This document shows, one piece after another, positions 46,954-54,067 of a DNA stretch of 54,067 nucleotides. Origin of the DNA: Burkholderiales bacterium (GTDB taxonomy: Bacteria > Pseudomonadota > Gammaproteobacteria > Burkholderiales > SG8-39); the NCBI GenBank assembly GCA_035317085.1, contig DATHHS010000154.1, positions 1 through 54,067 of the forward strand, in the 5' to 3' direction. Below the pieces are notes generated by a model, which made no database searches, was not told the origin of the DNA, and saw nothing but the letters and a program-made list of their open reading frames with translations. The translations under genes and the position numbers were made by a program. Each line of letters starts with the position of its first letter. Position 1 is the stretch's first letter.

Positions 46954-48465
46954 GTGGAGGCTTTCGGCCTTCTGATTTACGGTTTCAGCGTCCTGCTGAC
47001 CTGGAAGACGCTCGCGCTGATGATGGTCGGCCTGATTCTCGGCATTTTCGTCGGCGTGCTGCCGGGCCTGGGCGGACCGAACGGCGTCGCGATCCTCTTG
47101 CCGCTCACCTTCACCATGGATCCGACCTCCGCGATCGTGATGCTTTCCTGCATCTACTGGGGAGCCCTCTTCGGCGGCGCGATCACCTCGATCCTGTTCA
47201 ACATTCCGGGCGAAGCCTGGTCGGTGGCGACGACCTTCGACGGCTATCCGATGGCGCAGCAGGGCAGAGCGGCGGAGGCGCTGACTGCGGCGTTCACTTC
47301 GTCCTTCATCGGCTCGTTCGTCGCGGTGCTGCTGATCACCTTCCTCGCGCCCGGCATCGCCTCGTTCGCGCTGCGATTCGGGCCGCCGGAATTCTTCGCG
47401 GTCTATCTACTCACTTTCTGCTCCTTCATCGGCCTGGGGCGCGAGCAGAAGCACAAGACCGTCATTTCCATGGCGCTCGGCCTCCTGCTCGCCGGTGTCG
47501 GCATGGACACCGTTTCCGGTCAGTTGCGAATGACCTTCGGTTCGGACGATCTCCTGCGCGGCGTCAACTTCCTGGTCGCGGTTATCGGCCTCTTCGGCAT
47601 CAGCGAAATCATGCTGACGATGGAGGAGCGTCTCGCGCTGCGCGGCCATGCCGCCAAGATCAGCCTGCGCGTGGTGCTGAAGGTGTGGAAGGAGTTGCCG
47701 CGGTATTGGGTGACTCTGCTGCGCTCCTCGATCATCGGATGCTGGCTCGGCATCACGCCGGGCGGAGCGATCGCGGCCTCCTTCATGAGCTACAACCTCG
47801 CCAAGCGCTTTTCCAAGGACAAGGATTCCTTCGGCAAGGGCCGCATCGAAGGCGTGTTCGCGCCGGAGACCGCGGCGCATGCCTCCGGCACCTCCGCTCT
47901 CTTGCCGATGCTCGCGCTCGGCATTCCCGGCTCGGGCACGGCCGCGATCCTGCTCGGCGGCCTGATGGTGTGGGGACTCAACCCGGGGCCTCTCCTTTTC
48001 GTCGAGCACAAGAATTTCGTCTGGGGGCTGATCGCCTCGATGTACCTCGGAAACGTGGTCGGTCTGGTGCTCGTGCTCTCGACCGTGCCGCTGTTCGCCG
48101 CCGTCCTGCGCGTGCCCTTCGCGGCGATCGCGCCGATGATCGTGGTGTCCTGCGCGATCGGCGCCTACGCCATCCAGAACGCCATGTTCGACATCTGGCT
48201 GATGCTCATCTTCGGCGTCGTCGGCTACGTGTTCAAGAAAATCGGCATTCCGCTCGCTCCGTTCACGCTGGCGCTGGTGCTCGGCAACCGCGCCGAGGAT
48301 TCCTTTCGCCTCTCGATGATCGGGGCGGCGGGCGATCTGCGCGTGTTCTGGTCGAACGGCCTGGTCGGCTCGATCACCACGCTCGCGCTCCTGCTCCTGT
48401 TCTGGCCGCTGATCGGCCGTGCATTCGGCCGGGTGCGGAGCACCCTCGCCAGAACGGCGGCATAG
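46954..48465 (+). CDS. tctA: Tripartite tricarboxylate transporter large permease TctA
   Basis: The product is 503 aa. GVLPGLGGPNGVAILLPLTF is present and the layout is polytopic. Confidence 0.9.
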   Translation: MEAFGLLIYGFSVLLTWKTLALMMVGLILGIFVGVLPGLGGPNGVAILLPLTFTMDPTSAIVMLSCIYWGALFGGAITSILFNIPGEAWSVATTFDGYPMAQQGRAAEALTAAFTSSFIGSFVAVLLITFLAPGIASFALRFGPPEFFAVYLLTFCSFIGLGREQKHKTVISMALGLLLAGVGMDTVSGQLRMTFGSDDLLRGVNFLVAVIGLFGISEIMLTMEERLALRGHAAKISLRVVLKVWKELPRYWVTLLRSSIIGCWLGITPGGAIAASFMSYNLAKRFSKDKDSFGKGRIEGVFAPETAAHASGTSALLPMLALGIPGSGTAAILLGGLMVWGLNPGPLLFVEHKNFVWGLIASMYLGNVVGLVLVLSTVPLFAAVLRVPFAAIAPMIVVSCAIGAYAIQNAMFDIWLMLIFGVVGYVFKKIGIPLAPFTLALVLGNRAEDSFRLSMIGAAGDLRVFWSNGLVGSITTLALLLLFWPLIGRAFGRVRSTLARTAA

Positions 48466-48472
48466 GAACTTC

Positions 48473-49252
48473 ATGTCCGGGGAAATCCTTCTCGCCCGCG
48501 AAGGCGATATCGCCACCCTCACGCTCAGCAATCCGGGCAAGCTGAACGCGCTTGGCCTCGGTTCGTGGAAAAGGCTGGGCGAAGCGATGCGCGAGCTCGA
48601 CGCGGACAAACGCCTGCGCTGCATCGTGATACGGGGCGCAGGCGACAAGGCCTTTGCCGCGGGCGCGGACATCTCCGAATTCGAGACGACGCGCAACAAC
48701 GCGAAGAGCGGGAAGAAATACGGCGCGGTGCTCGAGGCGACGATGGGCGCGCTCGCCCGTTGCCGGCACCCGATCGTGGCCATGATCCACGGTGTCTGCG
48801 TCGGGGGAGGCCTCGAGGTCGTTTCGCAATGCGACCTGCGCATCTGCGGAACGTCTAGCCGCTTCGGCATTCCGATCAAGAACCTTGGCCTCGTCGTCGG
48901 CTTCGGCGAAATGAAAGGGCTGATCGATCTCGTCGGCCGCGCCGTCGCTCTGGAGATACTGCTCGAAGGCCGCGTGATCGGCGCGGAGGAAGCCAAAGAC
49001 AAGGGCCTGGTGAATCGCGTGGTACCCGATGACAAGGTCGAGGAAGAAGCGATGAGCGCCGCGCGCCGCATCGCCGAAGGCGCGCCGCTGACGGCGCGCT
49101 GGCACAAGAAGTTCGCGCGGCGTCTCGCCAGTCCGCGCCCGCCCACCAAGACCGAGCGCGACGAGGCCTACGCCTGCTACGACACCGAGGACTTCAGGAT
49201 CGGCGTCAAGGCGTTTCTCGCCAAGCAGAAGCCGCAGTTCAAAGGCAAGTAA
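48473..49252 (+). CDS. Enoyl-CoA hydratase/isomerase family protein
   Basis: LTLSNPGKLNAL, RGAGDKAFAAGADISEF and HGVCVGGGLEV are present. I set the start at ATG 48473. Confidence 0.85.
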   Translation: MSGEILLAREGDIATLTLSNPGKLNALGLGSWKRLGEAMRELDADKRLRCIVIRGAGDKAFAAGADISEFETTRNNAKSGKKYGAVLEATMGALARCRHPIVAMIHGVCVGGGLEVVSQCDLRICGTSSRFGIPIKNLGLVVGFGEMKGLIDLVGRAVALEILLEGRVIGAEEAKDKGLVNRVVPDDKVEEEAMSAARRIAEGAPLTARWHKKFARRLASPRPPTKTERDEAYACYDTEDFRIGVKAFLAKQKPQFKGK

Positions 49253-49277
49253 CAGGCGATTTCGCCGGCATTGCACT

Positions 49278-49742
49278 TCACCGCCTCTTTCCGAGCAGCG
49301 TGCCGCGGCAGCGCCGCTCCCCGCAATGGCAGGAATATTCGCGCTTCGCGGCAGGCGTATGTGGCTCTTCCAGAAGCAGGTTGTAATCGTAGGTCAATTC
49401 CGTGCCCTGACGAATATCCCGGATTGCCTCGATGTAGATTCGCCCATCGTCGTCCACCGCCTCGCAGTTGGGATTGCAGGAGTGATTGATCCAGCGCGCT
49501 GAATTTCCACCGCGAGTCGCATCGATCACCGTTTTCTTGTCGGCGATAAACAGCATGGTGTGCAACGACCGCGCCGCGGTATGGCGGCGATCGGCTTCGC
49601 GGTGGCTGATGCGCTCGCCGGTGTACTCGATGACGCGGGCGCCTTTGCGGATGGACTGCAAGGCGAAGACGCCGCGGCCGTGTATGGCCGAGGAACGGGC
49701 GGAAAAACGCTTCCGGGAGCTTTTGAGAGACAGGGCCGTCAA
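49278..49742 (-). CDS. SET-domain protein (putative lysine methyltransferase)
   Basis: GRGVFA, NHSCNPNCEA and ELTYDY are present, with a post-SET Cys cluster CHCGERRCRGTL. Confidence 0.8.
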   Translation of the reverse strand: MTALSLKSSRKRFSARSSAIHGRGVFALQSIRKGARVIEYTGERISHREADRRHTAARSLHTMLFIADKKTVIDATRGGNSARWINHSCNPNCEAVDDDGRIYIEAIRDIRQGTELTYDYNLLLEEPHTPAAKREYSCHCGERRCRGTLLGKRR

Positions 49743-50044
49743 CCGGGCTGCGGGCCGTCGTACCCCTCGATGATGACGAGATCGATGGTGGAAACGTCCT
49801 TGCGCAGCTTGATCGCCCGCTGGTATTCAGGCGACTTCCAGCAGTCGAGCGCCGCCTGATAGGTCGGAAATTCGATCACCGCGTTGCGGCTGCGGCTCGT
49901 GCCCTCGGGATTCTCGAACCGGCCGGCCCGTACCAGGAAGCGGGCGCCATGCTTCTTCAGCGGTTCGGCATTGGCCGCGATGTAGGCCTTGTACTTTTCC
50001 TGATCGGCGATATCGACGCGCGCGATCCAGTAACCCTTGGACAT
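49739..50044 (-). CDS. DUF1330 domain protein
   Basis: The product is 101 aa. GYWIARVDIADQEKYKAY ... AVIEFPTYQAALDCWKSPEY is typical of DUF1330. Confidence 0.8.
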   Translation of the reverse strand: MSKGYWIARVDIADQEKYKAYIAANAEPLKKHGARFLVRAGRFENPEGTSRSRNAVIEFPTYQAALDCWKSPEYQRAIKLRKDVSTIDLVIIEGYDGPQPG

Positions 50045-50083
50045 GGATTCTCCTGTAGCCGTTACTGCCGGGGGCGAGGCACC

Positions 50084-51274
50084 CTATACAACCTTCTTCT
50101 TCCGCAGCTCCTCGATCCTGGCCTCGTCGTATCCCAGCTCTTCGAGAACTTCAGCGGTGTGCTCGCCCAGTTCCGGCGGCGCGGTCGCGAGGCTCGCCGG
50201 AGTGCGTGAAAGCGTCACCGCCTGGTTGACGATGCGGATCTCCCCGAGCTTCGCGCTTTTCACGCTCACCGCGGCGCCTATGTGGCGCACCTGCGGGTCT
50301 TCGAACATCTTGTCTATGGTGTAGATCGGTCCGCAGGGGACGCTCGCCGTGCTCAAGGCCGCGATCCACTCCGCGGTCGTGCGCGAGGCGAGCGCCTTGT
50401 TGATCTCGGCGTTGAGCGCGACACGGTTCTTGGAGCGGTTCTGCTCGCCCTTGAAGTCGGGATTCTCCAACATGTCCGGGCGGCCGAGCGCCTCGCAGAC
50501 GCGGCGCCACATGGGCTCGCCCGTGGCGGCGATGTTCATATAGCCGTCCTTCGTCTTGTAAGCGGAGGTGGGCATGCTGGTCGGATGGTCGTTGCCCGCC
50601 TGTCCGGGAGGCACGCCCGTCATCAGATAGCGCGCCGCCTGGAAATCGAGCAGCGCGATCTGCGACATCAGAAGATTCGATTGCACCCACTGTCCTTGCC
50701 CGGACTTCTCGCGCTCGAGCAGCGCCGTCATGATCCCGAGTGCCGCGAAAAGGCCCGCCGAGATATCCGCGATCGCGGTGCCCGCGCGAACGGGGCCTTG
50801 TCCGGGGAACCCTGTAATTGACATAAACCCGCCCATGCCTTGCGCGATCTGATCGAAGCCCGGCCGGTCGCGGTAGGGTCCGTCCTGGCCAAAGCCCGAA
50901 ATGCTCGCGAGGATGATGCGCGGGTTGACCTTCTTCAGCGACTCGTAGTCGATGCCCAGCCGAACCTTCACGTCGGGACGGTAGTTCTCCACCACGACGT
51001 CGGCCGTCTTCACCAGCTTCATGAAGATCGCGACGCCCTCCTTTTCCTTGAGATTGAGCGTAATCGCGCGCTTGTTGCGGTGCAGGTTCTGGAAGTCCGG
51101 ACCGTGGCGCGGCCCGCCCATGGTTTCGCTCTCGACGCTCGGCGGCGTTTCGATCTTGATCACGTCGGCGCCGAAATCGGCGAACTGGCGCACGCAGGTG
51201 GGCCCGGCGCGCACGCGCGAAAGATCGAGAATGCGAAAGCGCGAAAGCGCGGTGGAGGCGGGAACGTGGGGCAT
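50084..51274 (-). CDS. Family III CoA-transferase (CaiB/BaiF)
   Basis: FRILDLSRVRAGPTCVRQFADFGADVIKIE ... NRNKR are present. Confidence 0.9.
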   Translation of the reverse strand: MPHVPASTALSRFRILDLSRVRAGPTCVRQFADFGADVIKIETPPSVESETMGGPRHGPDFQNLHRNKRAITLNLKEKEGVAIFMKLVKTADVVVENYRPDVKVRLGIDYESLKKVNPRIILASISGFGQDGPYRDRPGFDQIAQGMGGFMSITGFPGQGPVRAGTAIADISAGLFAALGIMTALLEREKSGQGQWVQSNLLMSQIALLDFQAARYLMTGVPPGQAGNDHPTSMPTSAYKTKDGYMNIAATGEPMWRRVCEALGRPDMLENPDFKGEQNRSKNRVALNAEINKALASRTTAEWIAALSTASVPCGPIYTIDKMFEDPQVRHIGAAVSVKSAKLGEIRIVNQAVTLSRTPASLATAPPELGEHTAEVLEELGYDEARIEELRKKKVV

Positions 51275-51325
51275 GGTGGAGTCGGGTTGCGGATCGGCGT
51301 GGCCGCTATGATAACCTGTTGAGAA

Positions 51326-52486
51326 ATGTCAGTCCGCGAGCACGATCTGGGCGAAATTCGCGATGCCGTGGCGAAGCTCTGCGCCACCTTCCCGATGGAA
51401 TACTGGCGCGAGACCGACCGCGAGCGGCGCTACCCGACCGAGTTCGTGCGCGCGCTCACCGAGGCGGGCTGGCTTTCCTGCCTCATTCCCGAGGAGTACG
51501 GCGGCGCGGGCCTCAAGCTCAGCGCGGCCGCGGCCGTTCTGGAGGAGATCCAGCGATCCGGCGCGAACGGGGCCGCCTGCCACGCCCAGATGTACACCAT
51601 GGGGACGGTGCTGCGTCACTGCAGCGAGGCGCAGAAAAGGAAATACCTGCCGAAGATCGCAAAGGGCGAGCTGCGCCTTCAGGCTTTCGGCGTCACCGAG
51701 CCTTCGGCCGGCACCGACACCTCATCGATTCGCACCGCCGCGGTCCGCAAAGGCGAGCGCTACGTGATCAACGGGCAGAAAGTCTGGACTTCGCGCGCCG
51801 AGCATTCCGACCTGATGCTCCTTCTCGCGCGCACCGCGCCGCGCGATGAGGGACAAAAGAAGACCGACGGCCTGTCGGTGTTCATCGTGGACATGAAAGC
51901 CGCGCTCGGGCACGGGCTCACCATCCGCCCGATCCGCACCATGATCAACCACGCCACCACCGAAGTCTTCTTCGACAACCTCGAAGTGCCGGCCGAGAAT
52001 CTCGTCGGCGAGGAAGGCAAAGGCTTCCGCTACGTCCTCGACGGCATGAACGCCGAGCGCATCCTGATCGGCGCCGAGTGCATCGGCGACGCGCGCTGGT
52101 TTCTCGCGAAAGCGACCGCTTACGCCAACGAGCGCAAGGTCTTCGGCCGGCCGATCGGCCAGAACCAGGGCGTGCAGTTTCCGATCGCGCGCGCCTACAT
52201 GGCGACCGAGGCCGCCGCGCTCATGGTCGAGCACGCGGCGGCGCTCTACGAGCAGGGCAAGCCCTGCGGGCCGGAGTCGAACATGGCGAAGCAGCTCGCG
52301 GCGGAAGCCTCCTGGCAGGCGGGCGACATGTGCCTGCAGACCCACGGCGGCTTCGGCTTTGCCGAGGAATACGACGTCGAGCGCAAGTTCCGCGAGACGC
52401 GCCTGTACCAGATCGCGCCGATCTCGACCAATCTCGTGCTCTGCTATATCGCGGAGCACGTGCTGCACCTGCCGAGATCCTACTAG
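51326..52486 (+). CDS. Acyl-CoA dehydrogenase
   Basis: FGVTEPSAGTD, GQKVWTSRA and GGFGFAEEYDVERKFRE are present. Confidence 0.9.
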   Translation: MSVREHDLGEIRDAVAKLCATFPMEYWRETDRERRYPTEFVRALTEAGWLSCLIPEEYGGAGLKLSAAAAVLEEIQRSGANGAACHAQMYTMGTVLRHCSEAQKRKYLPKIAKGELRLQAFGVTEPSAGTDTSSIRTAAVRKGERYVINGQKVWTSRAEHSDLMLLLARTAPRDEGQKKTDGLSVFIVDMKAALGHGLTIRPIRTMINHATTEVFFDNLEVPAENLVGEEGKGFRYVLDGMNAERILIGAECIGDARWFLAKATAYANERKVFGRPIGQNQGVQFPIARAYMATEAAALMVEHAAALYEQGKPCGPESNMAKQLAAEASWQAGDMCLQTHGGFGFAEEYDVERKFRETRLYQIAPISTNLVLCYIAEHVLHLPRSY

Positions 52487-52518
52487 GGACTCAAGCGGCA
52501 AGCTTCAGGGAGAAGGAG

Positions 52519-53487
52519 ATGATCAGGAAACTTTTGTCCGCGGTCTGCGGATTTGCCGCGATGCTTGTCTGGGCTGCCGCGCCGGCACAGGATTTTCCCA
52601 ATCGCGCGGTGAAGATGCTGGTGCCGAATGCGCCCGGCAGCTCGATCGACACCATGAGCCGCATCGTCGCCGCGAAGCTCGGCGACACGCTGGGCCAGCC
52701 GGTGTTCGTCGAGAACCGCGACGGCGCCGGCGGCCTGATCGGCATCGAGGCCGGCAAGAACGCGAAGCCCGACGGCTACACCCTCATCTGCGCCTCGAAC
52801 GGCTCGATGCTGATCGCGCCGCTCCTGAAGAAGAATGTCCCCTACGATGCGGTCAAGGACTTCGAGCACATCGGGAGCTTTGCTGTCACGCCGAACGTGC
52901 TCGTCGTCCATCCGGATCTGCCGGTGAAGAGCGTGAAGGACCTGATCGAGTACGCCCGGGCGAACCGCGCGACCATCAACATGGCTTCGGCGGGCGTGGG
53001 CTCCCAGAGCCATCTCTCCGGGGTGCTGCTCATGACGATGGCGAATTTCGAATCGCTCGTCGTGCCGCACAAGGGCGGCGGGCCCTCGGTCAACTCGGTG
53101 GTGGCCGGCCAGACGCACTGGACTTTCACGCCGGCGCCCGCGGTGATGCCCTTCGTCAAGAACGGCAGGCTGCGCGCCATCGGGCACAGTCTGCCGCGCC
53201 GCTCGGCGATGCTCGGCGACATTCCGCCGGTGGCCGACACCGTTCCCGGCTACGACTACAGCGGCTGGGCGGGGTTGGTCGCACCGAAGGGCACGCCGCA
53301 GACTATCGTCGACAGGCTGCACGCAGCGTTGGCGAAGACGCTCGCCCTCGCCGAAGTGAAAGACGGGCTCTCCAAGCAGGGAGCGGAGATATTCGAAGGC
53401 TCGCCCGATGACTTCCGCAAGTTCCTCTTGCAGGACCAGGCGAACACCGTGAAGGTCATCAAGGCGGCCAACCTGCAGGGCGACTAG
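52519..53487 (+). CDS. Bug-family (TctC-like) extracytoplasmic solute receptor
   Basis: A signal peptide is followed by FPNRAVKMLVPNAPGSSIDTMSRIVA. I set the start at ATG 52519, after the GGAGAAGGAG SD. Confidence 0.85.
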   Translation: MIRKLLSAVCGFAAMLVWAAAPAQDFPNRAVKMLVPNAPGSSIDTMSRIVAAKLGDTLGQPVFVENRDGAGGLIGIEAGKNAKPDGYTLICASNGSMLIAPLLKKNVPYDAVKDFEHIGSFAVTPNVLVVHPDLPVKSVKDLIEYARANRATINMASAGVGSQSHLSGVLLMTMANFESLVVPHKGGGPSVNSVVAGQTHWTFTPAPAVMPFVKNGRLRAIGHSLPRRSAMLGDIPPVADTVPGYDYSGWAGLVAPKGTPQTIVDRLHAALAKTLALAEVKDGLSKQGAEIFEGSPDDFRKFLLQDQANTVKVIKAANLQGD

Positions 53488-53494
53488 CCTTGCG

Positions 53495-54067
53495 TCAGCG
53501 GCGGAGCGCTTTGCCCATGAAATGATCGGGCGCCCAGGTGGCGATCTCCGGGAAGACGCACAGGATCACCACCGCCGCCATCATGATGAATACGAACGGC
53601 AGCGTCCCCCAGATGATGTCGCCGAGAGGAATGTCGGGGGCGATCTTGTTGATGACGAAGATGTTGAGGCCCACCGGCGGATGGATGAGGCCCATTTCCA
53701 TCACCACCGACATCACCACCCCGAACCAGATCAGGTCGAAGCCTTCGGCGCGCAGCGGCGGCAGGATGATCGGCGCCGTCATCAGGATGATGCTGACCGG
53801 CGGCAGGAAGAAGCCGAGCACCACGACGAAGACCACCACCGAGGCGAGCAGCAGCCACTTCGACAAGTGCAGCGACACCACCCATTCCGCCGCGCTCTGG
53901 CTGATGTGCAGGTAGCTCATCACGTACGAATACAGCAGCGACATCCCGACGATGATCATCAGCATGGTCGATTCCGAGAGCGTGCTGGCGAAGATCGGCT
54001 TCAGGTCCGACAGGCCCCAGGCGCCGTAGATCACCGCGATCAGGAAGAGCGCGAGCACCGCGCCCAG
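53495..54067 (-). CDS. dctM: TRAP transporter large permease DctM, C-terminal part (partial, continues past the right edge)
   Basis: FDLIWFGVVMSVVMEMGLIHPPVGLNIFVINKIAPDIPLGDIIWGTLPFV is the typical DctM C-terminus. The frame is open to the window end. Confidence 0.85.
   Translation of the reverse strand: MGAVLALFLIAVIYGAWGLSDLKPIFASTLSESTMLMIIVGMSLLYSYVMSYLHISQSAAEWVVSLHLSKWLLLASVVVFVVVLGFFLPPVSIILMTAPIILPPLRAEGFDLIWFGVVMSVVMEMGLIHPPVGLNIFVINKIAPDIPLGDIIWGTLPFVFIMMAAVVILCVFPEIATWAPDHFMGKALRR

Overview
This is a high-GC chromosomal segment; a spot count of one flanking 60-nt line gives 38/60 GC. The backbone order is typical of beta/gamma-proteobacteria. In order it carries gltB (partial), aroB-aroK, pilQPONM divergent from mrcA, cyaY, lptM-lysA and an RND efflux pair. 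It continues with an ECF sigma/anti-sigma pair, cytochrome c4 divergent from engB, hemB, dsbD-cutA, livFGMHK, cytochrome c551, a DUF255 thioredoxin-domain protein and ilvD. The last part carries lgt, a YdiJ-like FAD/Fe-S dehydrogenase, tctCBA, an acyl-CoA module with Bug-type binding proteins (a Burkholderiales-like feature), and a partial dctM. Almost all of this is ordinary core genome. Many ORFs in the track are antisense shadow ORFs or N-terminally over-extended versions of real genes. The one accessory piece lies at 1953-5149, inserted in the aroB-gltB intergenic region. It is a 3146-bp element (1961-5106) with perfect 18-bp terminal inverted repeats (GGTAGTGTCTCAGTTTGA, tips GGnnnTG) and an 8-bp target duplication (GCCCCACG). 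Its GC is visibly lower (28/60 and 33/60 in spot counts). It encodes an IS1-family DDE transposase and four passenger loci: an Orc1/Cdc6-like AAA+ ATPase divergent from the transposase, a ribbon-helix-helix protein with a palindromic operator, a tRNA-like gene with a broken anticodon arm, and a small basic protein. The right end abuts a 27-bp IR-IR mini-element and a third copy of the target duplication, which resembles an IS tandem-dimer or circle junction. This transposase + AAA+ ATPase + RHH + tRNA-like cargo element is my best candidate for something not previously described. I found no CRISPR arrays, rRNA genes or canonical tRNA genes.
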